DNA from: Ignisphaera sp.
Lineage (GTDB): Archaea; Thermoproteota; Thermoprotei_A; Sulfolobales; Ignisphaeraceae
Assembly (NCBI GenBank): GCA_038889075.1
Contig: JAWAHS010000002.1
Coordinates: forward strand, 172,930 to 236,929
DNA length: 64,000 bases
Direction: 5' to 3'
Numbering within the stretch: the first letter of the stretch is position 1; each line of letters opens with the position of its first letter. Below the pieces are notes generated by a model that made no database searches, was not told the origin of the DNA, and saw only the letters and a program-made list of their open reading frames with translations. The translations under genes were made by a program, and so were the position numbers. Shown piece by piece: positions 11,024 through 19,404 of the stretch.

Positions 11024-12040
11024 GTGATATCCATTACTAAAAAATTGATGAATAGACCTGAGGATATTGTTAGGGAAATGTTGGAGGGTATGGCACTCGC
11101 ATTTCCTGATATAATAAGATTGGATCCTCAGTGGAACAATGTTTATAGGAGGTATAGAAAACCTACTAACAAGGTTGCTCTCGTATGTGGCGGAGGAAGT
11201 GGACATGAACCAGCGCAAGCTGGCTATGTAGGTTATGGAATGCTTGATGCAGTTGCAGCTGGACATGTATTTACAGCACCTCCTGCACCACAGGTATTTG
11301 CAGCAATAAATGAGGTAGCTAATGATGCAGGGGTTTTGGTTATAGTTACGAACTATACTGGAGATGTTATGAATTTTGGTATTGCTATAAAGATGGCTAG
11401 TGCAAAGGGTATCAAAGTCGATTACATTATCGTGAACGACGACGTTGCTATTCAAGATCCACCTAGGAGGAGAGGAACAACCATCACTATTCTCATTAAT
11501 AAGATTGCAGGAGCGGCAGCTGAGGAAGGGAAAGATCTCGGTGAGGTTAAGAAGGTGGCGCAAAAAGTTCTTGATAATGGTAGGGATATAGGTGTAGCTT
11601 TAACACCATGTGTACTACCTACTACAGGAAAGCCGACATTCGAACTAGCATTAGATGAGATAGAGTTTGGTATAGGTGTACATGGAGAAGCGGGTGTAAG
11701 AAGGATAAAGTACATTCCATCGAAAGATTTAGCAAGAATGATGGTAGACGCCATAGTTGATGATCTAAAGTTGCAAAAAGGTGATGAATTAGCATTGGTT
11801 GTCCAGGGTACGGGTGGTACACCATATATGGAGAAGTTTGTATTTTATAGAGATGTGAGACTGTATGTCGAATCCCTAGGGTTTAAAGTATTTGCAAGTT
11901 GGGTTGGCGAGTTCTTCACTTCATTAGATATGCAGGGAGCGAGGGTGGCTATTTTAAGGCTTGATGAGGAATTGAAGAGGCTTCTCATGGCACCAGCATA
12001 TACAATTGCTATTAGAACTCCTGGTGTGGTTATATCGTAG
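11024..12040 (+). CDS. dhaK: dihydroxyacetone kinase subunit K
   Basis: GGGSGHEP, NYTGD, GVHGEAG, TSLDM. Confidence 0.92.
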   Translation: MISITKKLMNRPEDIVREMLEGMALAFPDIIRLDPQWNNVYRRYRKPTNKVALVCGGGSGHEPAQAGYVGYGMLDAVAAGHVFTAPPAPQVFAAINEVANDAGVLVIVTNYTGDVMNFGIAIKMASAKGIKVDYIIVNDDVAIQDPPRRRGTTITILINKIAGAAAEEGKDLGEVKKVAQKVLDNGRDIGVALTPCVLPTTGKPTFELALDEIEFGIGVHGEAGVRRIKYIPSKDLARMMVDAIVDDLKLQKGDELALVVQGTGGTPYMEKFVFYRDVRLYVESLGFKVFASWVGEFFTSLDMQGARVAILRLDEELKRLLMAPAYTIAIRTPGVVIS

Positions 12041-12056
12041 TATAAAAGGGGTTGGT

Positions 12057-12707
12057 ATGGATAGACTGAGCTCGAGAGATATCTATAGCATTATTCTACT
12101 GGCCAAGCGATACATAGCAGAGAATAGAGAAGAGCTTTCGCGACTCGACTCTGTAATTGGGGACGGAGATTTCGGTATCAATATAAATAGAGGGTTTGAA
12201 CTTGCTATAGAAAGGCTTAGTACAATAGATCCTGATAAAACAGATATTGGAACAATATTGATGACTGTTGCAAATGCATTGCTGGAGAGTGTTGGAGGAG
12301 CTTCAGGACCACTATTTGGTGGGCTGTTCATGAATATGGCCATGACCTCTTTAGGTAAATACGAAGTGGATTTGGCAACAATAGCCAACATGTTCAATGA
12401 TGGTCTTAAAGGGGTGCGAGAAATAGGAGGGGGGACAATGCCTGGCGATAAAACACTTATTGATTCGCTGTACCCAGCTGTAGAAGCATTACAGCAAGCA
12501 GTTAGGGAAAATAGAGATATTGTAGCAGCATTTAAGGATGCATTAATAGCTGCTGAAAGAGGTGCTAAGGCAACAGCAAATATGGTTGCAAAAAGAGGTA
12601 GAGCTAGCTATCTTGGTGTGAGAAGTATAGGTCATCAAGATCCAGGAGCTACGGCAATATATCTAATAATTAAAGCATTCCATGACTATACCTCAGGTAA
12701 ACGATGA
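12057..12707 (+). CDS. dhaL: dihydroxyacetone kinase subunit L
   Basis: GDGDFG, GGASGPL, GDKT..D, GRASY.G, DPGA; ATG 12057 after a G-rich SD. Confidence 0.92.
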   Translation: MDRLSSRDIYSIILLAKRYIAENREELSRLDSVIGDGDFGININRGFELAIERLSTIDPDKTDIGTILMTVANALLESVGGASGPLFGGLFMNMAMTSLGKYEVDLATIANMFNDGLKGVREIGGGTMPGDKTLIDSLYPAVEALQQAVRENRDIVAAFKDALIAAERGAKATANMVAKRGRASYLGVRSIGHQDPGATAIYLIIKAFHDYTSGKR

Positions 12708-12748
12708 AGCTCCTACCTAGATCATCTTATTTGCTTAAATTTCATCAC
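12693..12748 (-). ncRNA. candidate C/D-box sRNA
   Basis: GTGATGA (12748-12742) ... ATGA ... CTGA (12696-12693), 56 nt; the 10 nt before box D (CATCGTTTAC) are complementary to conserved 16S GUAAACGAUG; box C' is poor. Confidence 0.3.
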
Positions 12749-12976
12749 TAGAAGATATTGAATATAGATTCATCAAAATCAAAAACTTCACATTTATTGA
12801 TGAATGTTTAGCATCCTCTTCACATAAGCTTTCTCAGGAATTGTTTCAATCGTTATGTACATTGGTGCGCAGTGAGGCACCGTGAAGTTTCTAGCAATGA
12901 ATGCTAAGAGCTTTCACAATCTATCCAAAACCATACCACTGTGAAATAGATGATAAAGAGTTGGATGCAGACATGG

Positions 12977-14425
12977 TTATAGCAATAGCATCCTGTATTT
13001 GGTAATATTGTTGGTGAAGCCTAGTGCCTTAGAGAATCTGTGTATTAGATTGTATACTTCAGCTTCGTATTTCCTTCTAATATCCTCATCGCTGTAGTAC
13101 AGATTAATTAATTCATTTCTTAATCTCCTATAACCACTGCTATCTCTTATTGCTTGAAATAGATAGAAGTAGTGTCTAAATATGTCAGCTCTAGGACTCC
13201 TTTTATATAGGGGATCTTTATCTTTCTTCTCTTCGTACGCTTTTAAAAGTCTTTCAAGCTCCGGGGAATAGATACCGCTTTTGGTTTTTATTACAGAGTG
13301 TATGTGTTCAAGAACAGAGTCGTAGATTTCATCATAGATTCTTCTTGGCTTAGTTCCAGGTGCGGATTGGTGTAGGATTTCGAGTAGGAGCTGTATCAGC
13401 ACCCCAGACATTTTGTACTTTACGAAACCGCCTGTTGCCATTTTTATAACTTCCCATACTCCACTACCTTTATCAGAGTATGGATTAGCACCGCTACCGG
13501 AGTGTATGGAAATGTATATGCCCAGTGATGAGAGTACCGTATGCAGGTTTTTAACGTGTTCATAGAGTTGATTTACATCTTCAGTGTAATCCTCCCTCTT
13601 TCTAAATCCTATGTTTGGTGCTAGAAAATCTATATTGATACCTCTGTGTAATAATTCCATTGAATAGAATAGAACATCCTTTATACCGGTTTTTAATGGA
13701 AGTTCATCTAGTGCCACTTCTAGTCCAAACTCTCTTTCACTGTATTTCTTAATGATATTCAGTATCCTTTCAATGTATTCGATGCTTCTACTGTACTTCA
13801 ATGCAAGTTTAGCTACATCGATTTTGGTGAATTTAATGAATAGTATCCTATCGTCTGATACAAAGTTGAAATTTCGTAGGAATCTGTTCTCAAGCGATCT
13901 TCTGTAATCAGATTCAAACTGATTTTCATATCTATACAGAAGTTCTTCATTAGAAAGCATCTCAACTTTCGCGTCTACAAGTTCACAAGTGTCTATGGTT
14001 ACAAAATCTACGCCTCCTGCTCTAGCTACTTCTTTGAATTCCTCCTCAATATAGTTTAAAGATTCGTCTATCTCTGTTGTACTTAAACCCTCCTCTATGG
14101 CTACACCTGCTATTCTCTTTAAAGCTCTTTCAACACTACCCATAATAGATACATGGTCGGCTTCAATCTCTATAGGTATTGAAAATTCTTTGGAGAATTC
14201 TTCTGCTTTAGTTATATACTCACTGATCGAGGTACCTGTGTGTCCTAAATAGAAGTGTTTTGGATCTAGAGAGGCTATGAATCTCTGTGGTGCTGTTTCT
14301 CTATTAAATGAAAGCATTAGAGTTCCAGTAATGTTTAGTTCCTTAAAGCTTCTAAGTATGGCAGGTACAACTATTTCCGGGATTCTAATTCCAAAGGCAG
14401 GTCTAGGTATTTTACCTAAATACAT
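12977..14425 (-). CDS. uxaE: tagaturonate/fructuronate epimerase family protein
   Basis: EADH, VTID, EVALDE, LAP..GF.K..DY, SIHSGS, KMSG follow UxaE motif order; 482 aa. Confidence 0.75.
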   Translation of the reverse strand: MYLGKIPRPAFGIRIPEIVVPAILRSFKELNITGTLMLSFNRETAPQRFIASLDPKHFYLGHTGTSISEYITKAEEFSKEFSIPIEIEADHVSIMGSVERALKRIAGVAIEEGLSTTEIDESLNYIEEEFKEVARAGGVDFVTIDTCELVDAKVEMLSNEELLYRYENQFESDYRRSLENRFLRNFNFVSDDRILFIKFTKIDVAKLALKYSRSIEYIERILNIIKKYSEREFGLEVALDELPLKTGIKDVLFYSMELLHRGINIDFLAPNIGFRKREDYTEDVNQLYEHVKNLHTVLSSLGIYISIHSGSGANPYSDKGSGVWEVIKMATGGFVKYKMSGVLIQLLLEILHQSAPGTKPRRIYDEIYDSVLEHIHSVIKTKSGIYSPELERLLKAYEEKKDKDPLYKRSPRADIFRHYFYLFQAIRDSSGYRRLRNELINLYYSDEDIRRKYEAEVYNLIHRFSKALGFTNNITKYRMLLL

Positions 14426-14510
14426 TTATTGATACCCATAAGGGGTAAAATTCAGCAGCTAAAAACTTTTAAGTATTTTGAAATTTGGAGAGTATAGATG
14501 GGAGATAGCC

Positions 14511-15440
14511 ATGCTATATGGCTACACTGTCAGAAGAGGGCACGAAATTGTAGCAAGATTTCCATGGGATATAGGTATCGTTGCCTTTATGATATTTCCA
14601 GATTTGACACAATTAACTAAAGACTTTAGTGAGAGATTGAAACCCTTAATTGTAGACCCATTTTTCGATTTAATTGAAATGACACCCATAGTAGATGATG
14701 TAGAGTGGAATAAAGTCGCGAAACTAAATGAGGATTACGAAAAGAGATTTGCACTAGCACTTCAGCCACTTATAATAAATAGAGGTTTAAATGTTAATGC
14801 TCTAGATGAAGTGGAAAGAAGAAAAGCAGTTGAATTCATACTCAACGAGGTTCGTAGAGCAGGTTTGAGAGGAATGAAGGCTGTAGGTCTGTGCTCAGGA
14901 CCCAATGTGGAGGGTCCTAATAGGGAAGTAGCTATGGAAGCCCTTGTCAAAAGCCTTACTGAAATTGGAAGCGAGGCCTCTAAATATGGTATGAAGGTAT
15001 TCTTAGAGACGTTCGATATCATGTGGGATAGAAAAAGACTCGTTGGACCACTATCAGAGACGGTAAAGGTCGTAGAGAAGGTAAGGGAGGCTGTTAGAGA
15101 TGTTTACATAATGTGGGATCTAAGCCATGCTCCATTATTAAATGAGGAACCCGAGGTGCTGAAATCCTATCCAGAGTTCGTAGGCCATATACACATAGGA
15201 TGTGGAAAGAAAGTTGGTGATAAACTCCTAGATACACATCCAGGCTTCTATAGACCAGGAGCTCTCAATACAGAGGTGGATGTTGTAAGACTCCTCAGAG
15301 TGCTACACGATATTGGGTATAAGGGTGCTATCAGTTTTGAAATAAAACCAGAACAGGATCAGAATCCATTTGAAGCACTGAATGCTGGAAAGGGTGTTCT
15401 GCTAAGGGCATTTCAACTATATCTAGATTCAATACTCTAG
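14511..15440 (+). CDS. sugar phosphate isomerase/epimerase (AP endonuclease 2 TIM barrel)
   Basis: FLETFD, WDLSH, HIHIG, DTHP, SFEIK metal motifs; ATG 14511. Confidence 0.8.
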   Translation: MLYGYTVRRGHEIVARFPWDIGIVAFMIFPDLTQLTKDFSERLKPLIVDPFFDLIEMTPIVDDVEWNKVAKLNEDYEKRFALALQPLIINRGLNVNALDEVERRKAVEFILNEVRRAGLRGMKAVGLCSGPNVEGPNREVAMEALVKSLTEIGSEASKYGMKVFLETFDIMWDRKRLVGPLSETVKVVEKVREAVRDVYIMWDLSHAPLLNEEPEVLKSYPEFVGHIHIGCGKKVGDKLLDTHPGFYRPGALNTEVDVVRLLRVLHDIGYKGAISFEIKPEQDQNPFEALNAGKGVLLRAFQLYLDSIL

Positions 15441-15510
15441 CGAATCTGTATACAGTAACTTAGCCATAACGCTTTTAAACTAAATCTCTTTTTCTTTTTG
15501 GGGATGCATC

Positions 15511-16464
15511 TTGATAAATATAGTTACTTATAGAGAATTAAAAGATGTTGAAGCATTAGAATATTCTTGTAGAATACACAATGTAGCCTTTCCTTATGAT
15601 AGCGTAGAGTGCGATATATACAAATCATTCATAGTGGATGATGAAAACTTTAATGAAGAGTTCACACTATTTGCGATTGATAAAGAGAATAGAATTAGAG
15701 GATTCTTAATAGGTGTTGAAATATCCAAGGAGCCTAGGGATGCAGTGAACAATTTTAGAGAGTATATTTGGATAAAGGATCTAGCCATAGATATAGCGCT
15801 TCCTTCTGATGAGTGGAGGAAGGTTTTCATAGGGTTACTCTCATCATTCGAGGAAATGGTAAAAAGATATGGAAAGAAGCATATTGTCCTCTATGCTTAT
15901 GCACCGTACTATTTCATGCCAGGTATCAACATACTTTACGAAGATTATGTTGAGATGTTCGAAGTCTATGGATTTAAAAAACGTGAAGATTCTGTTAACT
16001 ATGAGGTGAATCTATCAGAATTCTATTACCCAGATAGAGTTAGAAAAATCGAAAATACGTTAGTGTCTGAGGGGATACTATTTAGAAAAGGAAGGAACGG
16101 AGAAGCGCCATATGTAAGTGAATGGGTTGGTAAAACGTTTAACAACCCGTTCTGGCGTTTAGAAACCGAGTACTCCTTCAGAAGCAAACCTCCGACTATA
16201 TGGATAGCAGAACAAGGTGGTGAGTTAATAGGATTCGCAGTATACCTCCGTATGAAACGAAATGAGTTTGGACCTGTAGGAGTGGATCCGAATAGAAGAA
16301 GACATGGTGTTGGTACGGTGTTGCTATTTAAAGCGTTATATGATTTAAAGCAGCTAGGATTTAAATACGCAGTTATACCATGGACATCGCACCTATTCTT
16401 CTATACGCAGGTACCGGGGATAGCTAGAATCAAACACTATTATATAATGACCAAAACTCTGTAG
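15511..16464 (+). CDS. tandem GNAT N-acetyltransferase
   Basis: FGPVGVDPNRRRHGVG acetyl-CoA motif A; YFMPG; two-domain length. Confidence 0.82.
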   Translation: MINIVTYRELKDVEALEYSCRIHNVAFPYDSVECDIYKSFIVDDENFNEEFTLFAIDKENRIRGFLIGVEISKEPRDAVNNFREYIWIKDLAIDIALPSDEWRKVFIGLLSSFEEMVKRYGKKHIVLYAYAPYYFMPGINILYEDYVEMFEVYGFKKREDSVNYEVNLSEFYYPDRVRKIENTLVSEGILFRKGRNGEAPYVSEWVGKTFNNPFWRLETEYSFRSKPPTIWIAEQGGELIGFAVYLRMKRNEFGPVGVDPNRRRHGVGTVLLFKALYDLKQLGFKYAVIPWTSHLFFYTQVPGIARIKHYYIMTKTL

Positions 16465-16522
16465 GTAAAATAGTGTAGACAGGTTTACAATCAGAAGTGC
16501 AGTTCCTTAGAGTAGAATGAAG

Positions 16523-17341
16523 TTAGAGCTCGTCTAGAATCTTTTTTATTATCCTAACCAACCCTGAATACGATTCCCTTGTTCCCTCCTCCTTGCTTCC
16601 AGATTGAGGTACGTAGTGTGTTTCCAGCGATAGAATAATGTCTCTATCTCTACTTATAACATCCCTTAACTGTCCCTCATAATCTATCATACCTTTGCCA
16701 ATGGGTTTAAATACAAATTTACCATTTTCTACCGATGCATCTTTTAGATGAAGGTAAAGTATCTGATCCTTGATTTTACTGTAGCCGTATGGATAGGGTG
16801 TTTCTCTAGCAAAGAATGCATTGCCGGGATCCCATAGCACCTTCACATATCTACTCTTTAATTTATCCAGAAGCATCCGAAGCTCTGTGCCTGTGCCGAT
16901 GAAGCACGAATATTCATTTTCAACTATTAAATGAACACCCTCTTCTTCGGCTAGTTCTATGGCAGGTTGAAATTTCTCTACTATTTTATCAATATACAGA
17001 TCTAGCGAACCCTGCCACCAGAATGTAAATATCCTTGTATACCCAAGGTCGAAGAATTTCGATATCTCGATTGCTCTCCTTAGTATAGATAGATGGTCCC
17101 TATACCCTCTTTCATCATCAATGTAAATCTTGAATGTAGGGGAACACACATGTGAAACCTTGATACCATATCTATCTACAAGTTTTCTCACATCACGGAG
17201 CTGACCATCAGAAAGCTCAACAATATATCTATTCCATAGTGTTCTAAGCTCAACATAGCTGGCTCCAAGCTCTTTAATAACCTTTAAAGCGTGTTCAAAA
17301 TCCTGTGAGATTTCATCAGATATTATTGATAGATTTGACAA
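16523..17341 (-). CDS. sugar phosphate isomerase/epimerase (TIM barrel)
   Basis: ISDEISQD, VENE, WDPGN, HLKD, SLETH; probable TTG start 17341 after GGGTG. Confidence 0.85.
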   Translation of the reverse strand: MSNLSIISDEISQDFEHALKVIKELGASYVELRTLWNRYIVELSDGQLRDVRKLVDRYGIKVSHVCSPTFKIYIDDERGYRDHLSILRRAIEISKFFDLGYTRIFTFWWQGSLDLYIDKIVEKFQPAIELAEEEGVHLIVENEYSCFIGTGTELRMLLDKLKSRYVKVLWDPGNAFFARETPYPYGYSKIKDQILYLHLKDASVENGKFVFKPIGKGMIDYEGQLRDVISRDRDIILSLETHYVPQSGSKEEGTRESYSGLVRIIKKILDEL

Positions 17342-17380
17342 GGGGTTGCACCCATATCGATACTCTGTAAACAGCTGTAT

Positions 17381-17397
17381 TAAAAATTTATATATTT
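17381..17397. promoter_or_regulatory. probable shared TATA element of divergent genes
   Basis: AAAAATTTATATATTT in the 84-bp gap between starts 17341(-) and 17426(+). Confidence 0.45.
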
Positions 17398-17425
17398 GAG
17401 TGATGGAATATAGCGGGGGTAGGCC

Positions 17426-18496
17426 ATGCCCCATAGGATAGGTGTAGCCGTAGTTGGTCTCGGTGCTATTGGACGTGTTCACGTTGAAGCCATTAAAGAT
17501 CTTGAGAGGTCCACGGATTACGTGAAACTTGTTGGTGTTACCTGTTTAAATCGGTCTCTTATCGATGGATTTGCATCTAGATATGGATGCAAAGGGTACT
17601 ACTCATATGACGATGTTGTTAGGGATCCAGAGGTGGATGTTGTAACAATAGCAACTCCCCATTATCTGCATGCATGGCAGGCTATGTATGCTATGGAATT
17701 TGGTAAGCATGTTATTGTAGAGAAACCTATTGCAACAACAGTAACAGCTGCAAAGGAGATGATATTAAAGGCTAGGCGTAAAGGAATTAAGCTAGGCGTA
17801 ATCTATCAGGGGAGGTATGCTGATGGTGTGAGGGAGCTTAAGAAACATCTAGATGGTGAGTCAATTGGTAAACCACTGCTGGTCATAGGTGAGATGATGT
17901 GGTTTAGAGATGAAGCGACGTATTATCTAAAGGATGAACTTGCTAGAAGTTGGAGAGGTATGTGGTCGACAGAAGGTGGAGGGGCATTAATAAATCAGGC
18001 AATACACACGATAGATTTAATGTTATGGTTTGGAGGCGAGGTTGATGAGGTAGTCGGATATATTGACAACCTTGTACACCAATCTATAGATGTTGAGGAT
18101 ATCGGTATAGGGTTGATGAAGTATAGAAGGGGAGGATACGGTGTTCTCACTGCAAATCTCTTTACAAAACCATCTACATATCAGTATAGAAAGATAAGGG
18201 TATTTGGTACAAAGGGGCAAGCTGAACTATGGGATAACGAGTTGGTTCTACTAAAGAGTGAAGAAGGTCTATCAATAGAGAGAAGTCCTGGATATTCAAC
18301 TGAAACAATAAAGGTTCCAGGTGGACTACATAGGAGATTGTTTGAGGACTTCTTTATGGCACTACTTAACGACAGAGACTTTCCAATAACAGGTGAGGAA
18401 GGGTTAAAGAGCCTTGAGATAGTTAGAGCCATATACTATTCAAGTACAAGAAAAGTGCACGTAAAACTTCCATTAGAGGTTGATGGTATTCTATGA
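17426..18496 (+). CDS. Gfo/Idh/MocA family oxidoreductase
   Basis: GLGAIG, ATPHYLH, VEKP, WRG.W..EGGG.L.NQAIH..D. Confidence 0.92.
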   Translation: MPHRIGVAVVGLGAIGRVHVEAIKDLERSTDYVKLVGVTCLNRSLIDGFASRYGCKGYYSYDDVVRDPEVDVVTIATPHYLHAWQAMYAMEFGKHVIVEKPIATTVTAAKEMILKARRKGIKLGVIYQGRYADGVRELKKHLDGESIGKPLLVIGEMMWFRDEATYYLKDELARSWRGMWSTEGGGALINQAIHTIDLMLWFGGEVDEVVGYIDNLVHQSIDVEDIGIGLMKYRRGGYGVLTANLFTKPSTYQYRKIRVFGTKGQAELWDNELVLLKSEEGLSIERSPGYSTETIKVPGGLHRRLFEDFFMALLNDRDFPITGEEGLKSLEIVRAIYYSSTRKVHVKLPLEVDGIL

Positions 18497-19290
18497 AATT
18501 TACATTTACAACTCTAGCATATCCGCATCTAAAACTTGAAGAGGTTCTCGAAAGAGCTAAGATATTTGGTTTAGATGCAATCGAACTCAGAGTAGCTGAA
18601 GATGGAATACACATTAAGCCGCACTATCCTATTGATAAAACATATCTGAGGATTATAGAGGAAAGTGGTGTGAAGATAGCATCCATCGCTGGATATGCCA
18701 GATTCTCCTCTATATCTGATGAAGAGAGGAAGAGGAATGAGGATCTACTCAGAACCCTCATTTTAATGGCTGAGGAACTTGGAGCAAAGGCTGTAAGGGT
18801 GTATGCAGGTAGGTTTCCAGATGATGTGGAGAACTCAATTAGGAGAATATCTGAGAGCTTAAATAGACTGGCAGAATACTCTTATAAACACAACGTCTAC
18901 ATAGCCATAGAAACACACGATGAGCTAACAAAACTTGAGGTACTACTAAAGCTTCTCGGAAAACTCCATCCAGAGATAAAAATACTGTACGATGTAGCTA
19001 ACATGATTATGGTGGGAGAAAGACATGAGAAGGTATTTCCACACATAGCGGAGAGGATAGTGCATGTACATGTAAAGGACTTCGTTATAGTAGAGGGTAA
19101 GAGGGTCTTTGTAAGACCTGGAAGAGGTGTAGTACCCATCTGTAAAGTTCTAAATGATCTCAAATCAATAGGATACCGGGGCTACGTCTCTGTTGAGTGG
19201 GAGAAAATGTGGCATCCAGAGCTTGAGGATCCGGATACAGTAATACCGCTATACATAGATTTTATGAAGAGATGCTTAAACAATATTTAG
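18493..19290 (+). CDS. sugar phosphate isomerase/epimerase (TIM barrel)
   Basis: IETHD, YDVAN, HVHVKD, SVEWEK.WHP; ATGA overlap with upstream gene. Confidence 0.85.
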   Translation: MKFTFTTLAYPHLKLEEVLERAKIFGLDAIELRVAEDGIHIKPHYPIDKTYLRIIEESGVKIASIAGYARFSSISDEERKRNEDLLRTLILMAEELGAKAVRVYAGRFPDDVENSIRRISESLNRLAEYSYKHNVYIAIETHDELTKLEVLLKLLGKLHPEIKILYDVANMIMVGERHEKVFPHIAERIVHVHVKDFVIVEGKRVFVRPGRGVVPICKVLNDLKSIGYRGYVSVEWEKMWHPELEDPDTVIPLYIDFMKRCLNNI

Positions 19291-19404
19291 ATTTACTTAA
19301 TTTTGCTTACCCTTTAACCAGTTTTCCAGTACGGCTATAGATAAGTTTTTAAAGAGAGGTCACGGACTTCTTTCTCTAGCCTCAGGATGTGGTGAAATAA
19401 CTTT

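Noticed and set aside
17342-17482. N-terminal extension of ORF 16523..17482
   Set aside because: Overlaps the divergent gene and promoter; family similarity begins at TTG 17341
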